A stretch of 64,000 nt of DNA from Octopus vulgaris (Eukaryota), in the NCBI GenBank assembly GCA_951406725.2, contig OX597827.1, forward strand, positions 48,918,001 to 48,982,000, in the 5' to 3' direction. How positions within the stretch are numbered: the first letter of the stretch is position 1; the number at the start of each line of letters is the position of its first letter. Below are positions 28,224 through 42,619 of this stretch, piece by piece. The notes beneath the pieces were generated by a model. It was not told the DNA's origin, did no database searches, and saw only the letters and a program-made list of their open reading frames with translations. The position numbers and the translations under genes were made by a program.

Positions 28224-28486
28224 TTATACATACGTACATACACACACACACATATATATATTTATATATATATATATAGGCACTACCATATATAGAATTA
28301 AAAGTGTGTACCTTTATGTGTTTGTTATTCACTGTATTCGTGAGTTAGGTTTCTCTTTAAGCTTCCTTTTATTTATTTACCTGGTAATAAATGAACGTTT
28401 CATACAATAAGGAAGACTTAAGGTTCCAAAGCCAGCCGAAATAAACCATGATTTTTTTTTCTGCAGAGAAATAAAATAAATAACAA

Positions 28487-28547
<61 letters not shown>

Positions 28548-29021
28548 GAAAAATGAAGCAAAAAAATTACAGAAAAATTATTCAAAACAAAAAAAAAAAA
28601 GATTCAAAGACGAAAATATTCCAGTAACTAATGAATGATTGTAAATACTATAACTCTTAAAATAAACAAATAAACAGACTATAAAGGAGACGAGAAGAGT
28701 GTGTGATGTATGTGCGTTTGGTGTGCGTATGTATGTGTGTTTTGCGTGTAAATATGTGTGTGTTTTAGCAACATTGATGAACTAGAATGAAGAAGTAATG
28801 GTGACGTCGTTTTGTCCAACTCCTATAAATAGAGGTATCCCGCGCAGGGGCGTTGATTTATATGAGTAGATGAATAGCTTTAAATTTGTCGTCGCTGTTA
28901 TCTATGTGTGAGTATGTACGTATTTCTCTACATATGTATACACACAAAAACACAACACACATACATACGTACATACATGCATGCATACATACATACATAC
29001 ATACATACATACATACATACA

Positions 29022-29053
<32 letters not shown>

Positions 29054-29190
29054 CACACACATTCATGTGCACAAATAAATGTACATACATGCTTATATAG
29101 ACACACACATAGACAGGCAGACATATACATACACAGACACACACACATATATATTTAGAGAGACATATATAAGCGTGTATATGCGTATGT

Positions 29191-29236
<46 letters not shown>

Positions 29237-29366
29237 GTGTGCGTATGGTGGATTAGAGAGAGAAGGAACAATGCGGTTTTAGCCGATTCTGAAGACTGAG
29301 AAATAACTGGCTGAGAGTAGACACAAATACAATTCGAGAGAATGATTCAATAGGACTCTCCAGACA

Positions 29367-29430
<64 letters not shown>

Positions 29431-29921
29431 TCTAGTATGACTGCAGTCAAATGTCTGAAACAAGTAAGCGACGAATAATAGAAGGATGACGTAAATACGT
29501 ATATATATACAAGTATATATGTATGCGTGTGAGTATATATATATATATATATATATATACATACATGCATACATACATATATACATACATACATGCATAC
29601 ACACACACATATACATACGTACTTATGTACATGCACACATACATACATACATACATGCATACATACATATACACATAAATATATACATACATACACACAT
29701 ACATACATACATATATACATACATACATACATGCATACATACATATATACATACATACATACATACATACATACATACATGCATGCATATGCATGCATAT
29801 ATATATACACACATAAATACATACGTACATATATACATACATGCATGCATACATGCATACATACATGCATACATATATACATACATACATACATACATAC
29901 ATACATACATACATACATACA

Positions 29922-29952
<31 letters not shown>

Positions 29953-30429
29953 GTACATACATACATACATGTCTGAAATACACAATCGCACACAAAAGGA
30001 AGAAAGTTGCAGAAACGAAACGAAAAAGTTCACCAAACTTAGTTCAGTTGGTCAAAGAAAAAAAAAACAAAAACAATAAACAGTAACACAAAGAATCTTA
30101 ATGAATTTAATACCATTCTATAAATAGCATATTGTTTCATTGAGCGCCTCTTCTCATTTCACTGCATTTCTCTACCATAGCCGGTGTATATAATGAATGA
30201 GAGTATAGATAAAAATCTGGGAACGCTTCCGTGACTTGACTAGAAATGTATTACTTTTATACACAATTCGTTATTTTCCATCCCTTTGTAAGTAGCTCTT
30301 AAGTCGGAGAACCGCTCTCGCTTCCTCACTCTTATACTTTCTTCAATACTCACTCTCCAATACGATCTGGTTTTCTCTCTCTTTCCCATTTGTCAAACGT
30401 TGTCTGGTCTTTCTTTCAATATCCTGTCC

Positions 30430-31510
30430 AGACCAACCTCCCTCCGCTTGCCTCTTAGATTTGTCTGTCTACGTTGCTTATCTGTTTTTGCCTTATTCTC
30501 AGTAAGATTATGTTTGTATGTGTTTTTTCCCCCCGTCGTTCTCTGTGATATGTGTATGCATGGGGGAGTCAGGAGTTGATTTTATATTTATTTCTTTTCC
30601 AGAAGATTTTTCGCTTTGTTTACGCCGTTTTACTTAATTTATAAAGTACGATATAGCAGGAAACACTTAAACAGATAACAATGACAGATGAGGCGCAGTC
30701 AGTGTATAAGGAAGACTACACTGACGACATAGCGACAATGAGGGCGGCCACTGCGAAGATGAAGATAATGACGGCGATGATGATGATATATGATGATGAT
30801 GATGATGCTGACGATAACGACGACGACAGCAACAACCACGACGACGACGACGACGATGATGATGATGATGAAGATGAAGATGAAGATGAAGATGATGATG
30901 ATGATGATGATGAAGATGAAGATAATGATGATGATGATGATGATGATGATATATACGTAAATCCTTTGAAAACGATTCCTAATATTTGATTAACCACAAG
31001 GGTTTCTCTATAGAACATACTGGAGAATAGTTTTACCTGAGTAGCTTTTCAGGTTTTCGTCAACCTGACCAAAACGTATACCTCGTTACACCCTACGAAA
31101 TTACACGGTGCCACAATAAATTGAAAATCCTGCAGAATTTACCATTCTTGATAAACGTTCTGGCAGCAAACGAACAATATGCATCGGTGCCAACCATAAT
31201 GGTAACTGTTAAATGGAACAACAAAAGATTAGCTACATCTAGGTACCGTAAATAATGAACTAGACCTCCGTCCGTTATGTCGGCCGAACGTTCCAGTTTA
31301 TGCGATTAATGGGAGAATCTGCTCGTGAAATTAACTAGAAAGCGGCTGAGCATTACACTGACACTCGTAATTTTAATGTAGTCCCCAGTGAGATTCAGCA
31401 CAACACGGAATGCGACAGGGCTTGTCCCTTGAAATACAAGCACAGTTGGCACCAAAGCACAACTCGCTAAGCTGAGCGGACTGGACTAACATGTAATAAA
31501 GTATCTTGCC

Positions 31511-31570
<60 letters not shown>

Positions 31571-31949
31571 TCCCTTGAGCGTCATCATATATCATCATCA
31601 TCGCCGTCATTATCTTCATCTTCGCAGTGGCCGCCCTCATTGTCGCTATGTCGTCAGTGTAGTCTTCCTTATACACTGACTGCGCCTCATCTGTCATTGT
31701 TATCTGTTTAAGTGTTTCCTGCTATATCGTACTTTATAAATTAAGTAAAACAGCGTAAACAAAGCGAAAAATCTTCTGGAAAAAGAAATAAATATAAAAT
31801 CAACTCCTGACTCCCCCATGCATACACATATCACAGAGAACGACGGGGGGAAAAAACACATACAAACATAATCTTACTGAGAATAAGGCAAAAACAGATA
31901 AGCAACGTAGACAGACAAATCTAAGAGGCAAGCGGAGGGAGGTTGGTCT
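30430..31949. repeat. ~370-bp inverted duplication (30430-30796 / 31582-31949)
   Basis: The same peptide MTDEAQSVYKE... appears on + (30681) and - (31697); flanks match as reverse complements. Confidence 0.85.
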
Positions 31950-32085
31950 ACTTAATTTATCGACCCCGAGAGGATGAAAGGCAAAGTCGACCTCGGCGGA
32001 ATTTGAACTCAGAACATAGCAGCAGACGAAATACCGCCTAGCGTTTCATCCGGCGTGCTAACGATTCTGCCAGTTTGCCGCCTTT
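31950..32085 (-). mobile_element. SINE family C (5' part)
   Basis: Matches the head and body of family C. Confidence 0.7.
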
Positions 32086-32173
32086 CTCCAGTTCGCCGTC
32101 TTGTATGAGGAAAACTGACTGTATTCATGTCTGTTAACGATTGTGTATTTCAGACATGTATGTATGTATGTAC

Positions 32174-32204
<31 letters not shown>

Positions 32205-32514
32205 TGTATGTATGTACGTATATATATATGTATGTATGTATTTATGTATATATGTATGCATGTATGTATGCATGTATGTATGTATGTATCTATGTATCTA
32301 TCTATTTATCTATCTATTTATCTGTCTAACTATGCATGTATGTATGTATGTATGTATGTATGCATGCATGTATGTATGTATGTATGTATGTATGTATGTA
32401 TGTATGTATGTATGTATGTATGTATGTATGTATGTATGTATGTATGTATGTATGTATGTAGATACATACATACATACATACATACATACATACATACATA
32501 CATACATACATACA

Positions 32515-32548
<34 letters not shown>

Positions 32549-33029
32549 CATACATACATACATACATGAACCAATTACAGTTGGAAGAATGAAATGCAGC
32601 ATGCACTCTTGTTGGATTTGCAGGTTGCAAAAAAGAAAACCGAGCGAACGAAATTGGGAAATAATCAGTTGTAACAGTCTTTCAGATTTCACATACTACA
32701 AAACAAAAAGAGAATAAGATAGCGAAACCAGAAAATAGGCAACACAACAAATGGGAAATATAAGGAAACACTGCAATCAACAAAAATACATTAAGAATAG
32801 CGAGATGAAAAACTGGTAATATAGAATGTCTATAAGCAATAACGAGCGTGGGATGAAACTTAAATGACTTCCATGTAAGATATTGCACTAAACTGTAGTT
32901 TATCACACAAAATGAAAGGATGGTCTCTTTCTCTTTATGCCACCTACTTATTCTCATATACGTAACATATACACTACATCTATCCATCTATCAAATCCAT
33001 CAATGTGTGTATATATTCTTTTATTTTAA

Positions 33030-33265
33030 ATTTTCATGTTTCACTCATTTGACTGCGGCCACGCTGGAGCACCATTTTTTTTTGTCGGAGAAATCGATAC
33101 CAGAATATTTTTTATATAAGCCTAGTTCTTATTCTGTCGATTTCTTTTGCCGAACCGCAACATTGCAGGGACGTAAATACACCGACAAGTGAGGGTGGAG
33201 AGGAACAAACCCAGACAAATACATACGTATATATATATATATATATATAAGACGAGCTTCTTTCG
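33030..33265 (-). mobile_element. SINE family A (3' half, diverged)
   Basis: CATTTGACTGCGGCCACGCTGGAGCACC, TTTTGCCGAACCGC. Confidence 0.65.
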
Positions 33266-33383
33266 GTTTGAAATTTCCTCCACAATTAATTTGCATTCGA
33301 CTCGGTAGCAACAGTAGTAGTAAACTTTGACCATTCCACAATGAGATGCTATATATATATATACATATACACACACACATATA

Positions 33384-33423
<40 letters not shown>

Positions 33424-33495
33424 TATGTATGTTTATAGATATAAATATGCATGTATAAATATATGTTTATATAAATACGCGTATAATTATTTATT

Positions 33496-33560
<65 letters not shown>

Positions 33561-33661
33561 CAGGAACGTAAACAAACAACGGTGGTCATCAAGGAGTATA
33601 GAAACCAACATAAAGCCATAAAGATATATATATACACATACATGCACACATTCATATGTAC

Positions 33662-33710
<49 letters not shown>

Positions 33711-34071
33711 CACACAAATATACATGCATGATATATATATATATATATATACAATAACACCTCTTCAACGACGATTCCCTTGAGAAGGTGTCATAATACT
33801 GTAATAGTGAAATACTAGTTAATATTATCGATCAGTATTACTATTATCATTATATATGACATACATTTATACACATATATACATTTACACGCACACACGT
33901 TTACACACACATATATATGCATCAATGTATGTATGTATGTATGTTTGTATGCATGTATATATGTATGCTTTTCTATGTATACATATATAGGCTCATTGAC
34001 AGATTTGATAGATGGATATATGGATTGATAGACAGATTGATAGCTAGCTAGACGGACAGACATATAAATAA

Positions 34072-34144
<73 letters not shown>

Positions 34145-34239
34145 CAGACACAGACAGGAAGACAGGCAAACATAGATACATACATACACATACTCTCTTA
34201 CTCTTTTAAATGCAGATATACACTTTTACATTTTCACTC

Positions 34240-34437
34240 ATTTACTTGTTTCAGTCATTTGACTATCGCCATGCACATCGACACCAGGAGTTATTCTTTG
34301 TAAGCCTAGTACTTCTTCTATCAGTCTATTGTGCCGAACCTCTAAGTTATGGGGCCGTAAACACACCAGCATCGGATGTCAAGCGGTGTTGGAAGGACAA
34401 ACACAAACACAAACGTATACACACACACACACACACA

Positions 34438-34502
<65 letters not shown>

Positions 34503-34665
34503 GAAGGGCTTCTTTCAGTTTCCGTCTACCAAATCCACTCACCAGGCTTTGGTTGGCCCGAGGCTATAGTAGAAGGCACTTGTTCAAGGTGCCACGTTGT
34601 AGAACTGAACCTGGAACCATGAAGTTTGTAAGGAAGCTACTTACAACACAGTCACCCCCGTGCCT
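34240..34665 (-). mobile_element. SINE family A
   Basis: Near full-length match. Confidence 0.8.
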
Positions 34666-35403
34666 ATATTTCTGACACAACCAAGTGTGACTTTATAGCT
34701 TTTACCATGTTATCGCTAATGGTTTTAGCTGTTAACTTAATCGCAAGCACATTTTATACACACGCACAAAAATATGTATATGCATACATCTATATATGTA
34801 TGTGTGAGCGTTGCTGCGTGTATGTGTGTGTGTGTCTGTATGTGTGTGTGTTTATACACATAACTTCTAAAACGTTGTTTCAACCCATCAATTTAGTTTT
34901 ATATCCCTTTATTGTAAGGAACAACGATGTGGCAATAATCGTACAGTATGTGTTAATAATAGGAAAAATGGCTACAACATTGAGCGAAGGAATAATTAGA
35001 TTTAATGCAATACATAGCGGTATTGTGCTATTCCGTACTTTTCTTCTTGTCTTATTTGTACGCTAGTGACTTCATCTGTATAATATGCATAGCATACAGA
35101 TTAAAAGACGCCGTTTATACATATATATATATATATATATACATACAGAGAGAGAGAGAGATCAAACATTTTAACCATTAATATATGCATATATACTTAT
35201 ATATATGCATATGTATACATATATATATATATATATATGTGAGTGCATGTTTGTGAGTACCAATGAATCTATATATACTACAAACCTATATACATGCCAA
35301 TGGATGTTTTATATATATATATATATATATCAATAATACAGTGATTGTTTCTTGTCATATATAGGTATGTATATATATATATATACATGCCTATATATAT
35401 ATT

Positions 35404-35440
<37 letters not shown>

Positions 35441-35457
35441 CTGTACATTTATATGGA

Positions 35458-35510
<53 letters not shown>

Positions 35511-35527
35511 CTGTACATTTATATGGA

Positions 35528-35588
<61 letters not shown>

Positions 35589-36006
35589 GCCGAATGCAAT
35601 TAAAAACCATATACATAGACGATCATTAAATTCAGCTCTATGGAGGCAAACTTATCAATAAGATGATAATGATCTTGAATGTTATAAAATATAAGCTCAC
35701 AAATAAATAAAACAATATTGAACGTGTTAAGCGACATCTATGAATTCAAAATTATTCACTTATGCCGCATTAATGGCAGGGAAGATGTTTTGCATGGGGA
35801 CTTTTTGCTCTTTTGTCTATAGTTTGTTTCTTTGTTCTTCTAATAAATATGCTTCCATTGTATTTTTTACTGATCGAGCTAAAGTGCTTCTTAGGATCTG
35901 GTTAAATGCACAACTCGTGTACTTTAATAGCATCCATCGGGTGTGCGTATGTGTGTGTGCGCTTTCGTTTTTCTTTGTATGAATGGTTTCCATATGTATA
36001 TTAGTC

Positions 36007-36110
<104 letters not shown>

Positions 36111-36204
36111 TATAAATATATATATAGATAGATAGATAGATGGATATATATAAATATATATATGTGTGTGTGTGTGTGAGTATATATATATATATTTATA
36201 TATA

Positions 36205-36595
36205 GGCATAGGAGTGGCTGTGTGGTAAGTAGCTTGCTTCCGAACCGCATGGTTCCGGTTTCAGTCCCACTACGTGTCACTTTGGGCCATATGGTCTTCT
36301 ACCAACTAAAGCCTTGTTAGTGGATTTGGTAGACGGAAACTGAAAAAAGCCAGTCGTATATATATGTGTGTGCGTGTTTGTCATCTGTGTTTTGTACCCC
36401 CACCCCACCACCACCACCACCATCGCTTTATTCTATATCCCCGTAACTTAGCGGTTTGGCAAAAGAGACAGATAGAATAAGAACTAGGCTTACAAACAGT
36501 AAGTTCTGGTGTCGATTTGGTCGACTAAAGGTGGTGCTCCAGCGTGGCTGCAGTCAAATGACTGAAACAAGTAAAAGAATAACAGAATAAAAGAA
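36205..36595 (+). mobile_element. SINE family A
   Basis: Near full-length match. Confidence 0.8.
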
Positions 36596-36619
36596 TATAT
36601 ATATGTATGCATGTATATG

Positions 36620-36654
<35 letters not shown>

Positions 36655-37031
36655 ATGTGTGTGTGTGTGTGTGTGCGTGTGCGTGTGTATGTATGTATGT
36701 ATGTATGCATACATGTCTACTATTATCTGTCTGTCTATATGTGCATATATATATATATCTGTATATGTATATATGAATGTATGTATGCGTGTTAGCCCGC
36801 GCGCGTATGTGTATTTGATATTTTGATATCTTTGTTTACCTGTTGAAGCACATAAGAACTTTCTGAACAGATGTGAAATAAACAGAAGCATACAATTTCA
36901 CACACACACACATACACACACACACACACTCACACGCACATACGTACACACAGATGTATGTATATATATATATATAGTATAGTAGGCAATATGATAGCTC
37001 TTTGTGTATATTAAATGTCATTACCCTATGC

Positions 37032-37076
<45 letters not shown>

Positions 37077-37538
37077 TATATATAAATATATATATATATA
37101 TACATGTGTCAGTGTGTTTGTGTGTATGTATATGTATATACATATGGAACTACATATTTACATATACATGAATATGTATTACATATTACATTATATTATA
37201 TCATATTATGTAAATTATACAATCCATCTGCATTGCGTATATACATACACATTCATATATAATATGTATATTTCAATTTAAGCATGTTTCTAGCATGTTT
37301 CTACGCACATGCTATTAATCTAAGATATAAGACAGGCAAAATACTCGTTGTTATATATAGTATACACGCACACACATACACACGAGTATATATTTATGAT
37401 ACATGTGGGTATGTACTATATAAGTATGTGTGTGTGTGTAATATATATGCAAGTATGTGTATATGTAAGTATATACATATCAGTGCCTTAATACAACATA
37501 TTACAGTATATTATATCTTATTATCCCATATTATATTG

Positions 37539-37570
<32 letters not shown>

Positions 37571-37651
37571 CGTGTGTGTATATATACATATATAATTATA
37601 TATGTGTGGGTGTGTGTGTGTGTGTGTGCGTGTGTGTACAGGAGTGTACAG

Positions 37652-38033
37652 GGGCAGGAGTAGCTTGCTTGCTAGCCACATGGGTCTGGGTTCAGTCCCA
37701 CTGCGTGGCACCTTCGTCAACTGTCTTCTACTATAGCCTCGGGCTGACAAATGTCTTGTCAGTGGATTTGGTAGACAGAAACTGAAAGAAGCCCGTCGAT
37801 TATATGTTTGTGCGTGTGTGTGTGTGTTTGTGTGTGTGTTTCTGTGTTTGTCCCTCCACCATCGCTTGACAACTGATGCTGCTATGTTTACGTCCTCGTA
37901 ACGTCGCGGTTCTGCAAAAGAGACTGATAAAATAAGTACTAGGCTTACAAACAATTGGTACTGGGGTCGATTTGTTCGACTAAAAGCGTAGTTCCAGCAT
38001 GGCCGCAATCAAATGAGTGAAATAAATAAAAGA
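37652..38033 (+). mobile_element. SINE family A
   Basis: Near full-length match. Confidence 0.8.
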
Positions 38034-38140
38034 AACCGAGAGTCCGCTGCCTTACCCACTGGCCCATTACGCCTCCACATATATGTGTATGTGTATATAT
38101 ATGTGTATGTGTATATATATGTGTATGTATATATATATAT

Positions 38141-38207
<67 letters not shown>

Positions 38208-38639
38208 CTGTGCATATATATATCTATACACACACACACACTCACATATATATCCATATACATATACACACACACGCGTATATATGTATATATATATACA
38301 TATATATATAATTTTATGTGAATGACATGACACTTGGGCCACTTATAGGACCAATTTATGGTAACTTCGAAGTAAACGTCAATAAAATTATTAGAAATGC
38401 CATACTACATTGGTATTGAGCTCTTCATTGACTTAAACACTACATTTTTGTCTCCGTCGAAGCACACTTTTATATACATACTAGCATTATGACCCGTCGT
38501 TGCCTAGTCATAGTGCTAGTGCATGTATATATGTGTATATATATGTGTACATATTGCATGTACATCTATATATATACATCTACACATAAAATACAAAATA
38601 CAAAGTTATATCTTGATATCGCTATTGATAGCAATACTC

Positions 38640-38970
38640 GAAATATATAACAGACTGGAATTGTAAGCCCGTGTCTTGCAACTTCGATCAATTGTATCTT
38701 GTCCTCCCTCTTGTATAGAAGTGTGGCTACAATCCAGCCTACCTCTACTGTTGGCGGGGGGGAGGATATTTTAAAATTTTTCCGGGACGTCCTACGTCCC
38801 AGATATAAAGGTAAAAATAAAATATTTCCACTTTGCAAGTTCGAGTCGAATATTCCCTTGCACGCTCCGTTGACTCGAACCTTGCTTCTATTGTGGCGAA
38901 TTTACCGCCTCTGGTTAGATATCTTTCATAGTCGCACCAAGACACTTTTCGATGGTGCTTTCTTCCAGGT
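38640..38970 (-). pseudogene. Older Tx1 ORF1 fragment (downstream half of the interrupted target)
   Basis: LEESTIEKCLG / RGGKFATIEARF / NILFLPLYLGRRTS resemble ORF1 RGKRYGTVEVRF / NIVLLPLYRGKRTS. Confidence 0.75.
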
Positions 38971-39214
38971 TGTTTTATTATTACCCACTAGGGGCGAACA
39001 TAGATGGGACAATACAATCTGATGTGGGGTCAGACACACGAATAGGTTTTTACAATAAATCGAATTTAAAAATTTACATGAAATTACAAAATAGACACAA
39101 AATCGAATGATGAAACAGACCGTAAGACATTACGGGTGGAGTGGGTGCGGGTTTAGCTCGGACCCCACGAGCCCCGCCTCCCCACTGATACTTTTGGTTT
39201 CGTTTGGTTTACAT

Positions 39215-40080
39215 TTATATTGTATCTTTCACTCGCAACTTTCGTGCTACATCTTTCCATCGTTCTTCATACACTCTCCTAGTCAGGCATATTCTCTCCA
39301 GCCCTATCTTCCTTTTCAGGTGAAAGATGAAATAATTCATCAAACCAGGGCCGGAGATGAACTTGCCTGACTGTAGACCTTTCATTCTCGTCTTCCATAT
39401 CACCTCTTTCGCAATTGCTACTACAACGAGAAAACAAAACTTACCTTCTTTCGCGAGGAAATCCGGTGGGTCAATTTTTGTAATCGACTCAGTCGACAGC
39501 TGTACTCTTCGTGTACCTGACAACAGCTGTTCGGTATAAACCCACACCTCAGACACGTCCGGACAATGAACAATAGCGTGCGGGACGGTTTCCCTATCCC
39601 GCCCGCATCTTGGACATATCGGACTGTCTTGGCCTCCGTGCCTTGCGAGTTTATCCCGAACAGGTAGAGCTCCTCTGTAACATTGCCATGCCAGGGACTT
39701 CTGGAAGTTGTCCAGTGTCTTCGGCTTGAACGTACGTCGGAACAGACTGGCCAGCTGATTATCGTCGAGACCTAGGGCTTCTCCCAAGGTATCTTCACAT
39801 TCCGCCTCTACCAACCCTCTATAGAAGAATGTGGTGGAACCCCCACCGCAGGCGTTACCCGAGCGACGGAATAGCAGGAGAGCCTTGCGACACTCTGTGT
39901 ACCAAGTACCAAGTTTCGATCTACGATTCAGCCAGGTTTCCCATCCACCGAAACTAGTGAACTTGGGAAACATCAGTTTTGCTAGCGAAGACCACACCCG
40001 TTCACCATCCAGATAGAGCCACAGATGTCTTAACCTCAGCGCATGTCTGCGCATCATCAGCCAAGCATCCCTAGCCCACC
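39215..40080 (-). CDS. Tx1 ORF2 C-terminus with zinc finger (zf-RVT-like), frameshifted near 40080
   Basis: ALPVRDKL...CPRCG..ETVPHAIVHCP; homologous to the 16991-17822 ORF. Confidence 0.88.
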
Positions 40081-41937
40081 CTTTAACGGTTGTTGACAGC
40101 AAGTAGAGCGTTTCACAAGTGGTTTCCGGCCCTTCCACAAGAAGTAGAAGAGCGGTCTTTCCAACTTGATCAACCACGAATCAGGGCAAGGAACGACGGA
40201 AAGGCGGTAGGTGATAACCGATGCGATAAACACATTGGCCACCTCCGCCCTCCCTTTCAAGGATAGCCACCGCCAAGACCAGGTCTTGGCTACTGCAGCC
40301 ACCTTGCTCGTTACCTCGCCCCAATTCTTCTCTATTTGGAGGTCTGGACCGAACCAGACCCCTAGCAATTTAATCGAACCCTCCGTCCAACGTCCCACAA
40401 CGCTGTCAGGAGGCATCGACTTGCCTCTCCAGGTGCCGAGTTGCAAGCCGACTGACTTTTCGCGATTAACTTTTGCTCCTGTCACCGTCTCGTAAACCTC
40501 TATGGCCTTGCCTACTTTACATAGGTGGTCCATTTCGGTTACGATGATGGTGATGTCATCCGCGTACGCTGACACTGATTTTCCATTACCTGGCTGTCTC
40601 GGGATGCCGCTCAGTTTTCGCAGTAATGGCTCAAGAGCCATCACGTACAAAAGCGGGGAGAGCGGACACCCTTGACGAACCGAGCGTTTGATTTTGAACG
40701 GCTTCGACAAGAAGCCGTTCACCCGAACTACCGAGTCGATGTTATCATAAATTTGGATAATCCACCTGAGGAAGCCAAGGCTCAGCCCGAACTGTGCCAG
40801 GGCAGATACCAGGTAACGATGGTCGACCCTATCAAAAGCTTTAGATTGGTCTAAATGGACCAGTGCCCCACCCTTGCCAGAATCACTATTAAACCCCTCT
40901 ATAGTGTACCGCATTAGATGGAGATTATCCTGAATGGATCTGCCCGGAACGGCACATGTCTGTGCCCTTCCGATCAGACCATCCGCGACACGCGCCAATC
41001 TTTTCGATAACACTTTGGCCAAAATCTTCAACTCTGTGTTTAGCAGAGTGATGGGCCTGAAATTATCAATGCACTCCCCCTTGCTCGAGTCCTTTCTGAC
41101 GAGAGTCACTACTCCCCGGCGCATAGATCTGGGTATAAGCCCGTTCTGCTGCCAGTTCGCATAGACCTCCGCCAGTAGGTGCCCGAACAAGTCTGGCATA
41201 CTCTTATATAACTCATAGGGTAGACCATCCAAACCCGGCGCCTTGCCCGCGCCGCAGTCCGCCATTGCCTCAACCACCTCCTCAGGCGTGATTGGCTCTT
41301 CACAGCCCTCCGCATCTCGCCCCGATAAGCGCGGCAGCCCGTCGAGTAGGTCCGTAAAGGCCCTCCTCCTATCCAGTCCGCCGCACTCACCGAAAAGCTG
41401 AGCGAAGTGCTCCTGAAAGGCCTCACACATCTCCTCGGGTTCGTTTATCAACTCACCTTGTTGGTTCGTCAAAGATCGAATCGTGGCATCGTTACCATGC
41501 TGTGCTTCCACCACTCGGGCCCATCTCACGGCGTTGATTCCTTCACATCCCATATGGCGGATTCTAGCCCTGACAATGCAGCCCATGTGTTTGGCCTCGA
41601 GGTGCTGGTTTAACACCAGTCTCTTGGACGCCACCTGAGCCGCAGAGCCAGTTTTCAAGGCTTCCTCTAATTCCTTAACTAGAGTAGTTTCCTTTCTAGC
41701 CTCTCTAGCCACTACTCCTATGCTATATCTAATTGACTCGAACTTGATGGCTCGTTTGAGGGCGTACCACCATTTGTTATTAATGATGGTACCAGATAGT
41801 GCCCTCTGAATTATATCCCTAATCCGGTCTTTGTACTCCTTAATCGCCAAAAGGGACGTATTAAGTTTCCAGTAACCGGATCCTCTATTTTTAACCTTAT
41901 CTATGTCAAGGCTTACAGGTGACCATTTTATGATCAC
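40057..41937 (-). CDS. Tx1 ORF2 reverse transcriptase
   Basis: GSGYWKLN, KAPGLDGL, FRPITLLN, DQSKAFDRVDH, VRQGCPLSP, YADD; ends in PLKGGLG. Confidence 0.95.
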   Translation of the reverse strand: MIIKWSPVSLDIDKVKNRGSGYWKLNTSLLAIKEYKDRIRDIIQRALSGTIINNKWWYALKRAIKFESIRYSIGVVAREARKETTLVKELEEALKTGSAAQVASKRLVLNQHLEAKHMGCIVRARIRHMGCEGINAVRWARVVEAQHGNDATIRSLTNQQGELINEPEEMCEAFQEHFAQLFGECGGLDRRRAFTDLLDGLPRLSGRDAEGCEEPITPEEVVEAMADCGAGKAPGLDGLPYELYKSMPDLFGHLLAEVYANWQQNGLIPRSMRRGVVTLVRKDSSKGECIDNFRPITLLNTELKILAKVLSKRLARVADGLIGRAQTCAVPGRSIQDNLHLMRYTIEGFNSDSGKGGALVHLDQSKAFDRVDHRYLVSALAQFGLSLGFLRWIIQIYDNIDSVVRVNGFLSKPFKIKRSVRQGCPLSPLLYVMALEPLLRKLSGIPRQPGNGKSVSAYADDITIIVTEMDHLCKVGKAIEVYETVTGAKVNREKSVGLQLGTWRGKSMPPDSVVGRWTEGSIKLLGVWFGPDLQIEKNWGEVTSKVAAVAKTWSWRWLSLKGRAEVANVFIASVITYRLSVVPCPDSWLIKLERPLFYFLWKGRKPLVKRSTCCQQPLKGGLGMLG

Positions 41938-42610
41938 TGTAGCTGATCGGGTAAAACTGTGGACACTTAGCTATTTTTCTGTCTACTTTTCTAATTAGTA
42001 TTCTATCTAAATATGACCTGGAAGATCCGTCGCTGTTTGACCATGTCCACAATGGAGCGTTCGGAAATTCCAGCCTATAAGGATCTGCTAGCTCAAAGCG
42101 GCTTAGCAGTTCCATGAAGCCACTGTTACCTTTTCTATCTGAACGCGAGCCAACACAATCTACATCCGCTTTGCAAATTGTGTTAAAGTCACATAGCACA
42201 ACTAATGAATGCGAAGTACTAAGAAAGTTTTCTAGTTCACGAAAATAATCACTTTGCCCTGTATGGTTGGGTGCGTATATTGCAACCAGTCTGATAACTT
42301 TACCGTTACTGAACGTCAAATCCATGACGACCAGCCTACCTTCTGGATCTGTAAAAATTAACTTTTTCTCAGAAACCCGGTTTCTTTTTATTAGGACCAA
42401 CACCCCACTTCCGCCAGTAGGACTGCCAGGAGAGAAAAAACTCTCATAGCCGTCAAACAGCGGGAGTAGACCTCTTGGCCCCTCTAACCGGGTTTCTGTA
42501 GCAACAATAACATCTAAATTACGCGACCTGATATCATGCAGGAAGCGACCTTGCTTCCAGCCTGCTCCCAGGCCGCGCACATTCAAACAACCAACATAAA
42601 TGTAATCCAT
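41906..42610 (-). CDS. Tx1 ORF2 APE-like endonuclease domain (frameshifted to RT near 41930)
   Basis: Motifs CLNVRGL, TETRL, IYAPN, DFN, YLDRI, SDH. Confidence 0.92.
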   Translation of the reverse strand: MDYIYVGCLNVRGLGAGWKQGRFLHDIRSRNLDVIVATETRLEGPRGLLPLFDGYESFFSPGSPTGGSGVLVLIKRNRVSEKKLIFTDPEGRLVVMDLTFSNGKVIRLVAIYAPNHTGQSDYFRELENFLSTSHSLVVLCDFNTICKADVDCVGSRSDRKGNSGFMELLSRFELADPYRLEFPNAPLWTWSNSDGSSRSYLDRILIRKVDRKIAKCPQFYPISYSDHKMVTCKP

Positions 42611-42619
42611 TACTTACCT

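Noticed and set aside
30681-30989. Acidic 102-aa ORF
   Set aside because: Trinucleotide repeat with no domain evidence.
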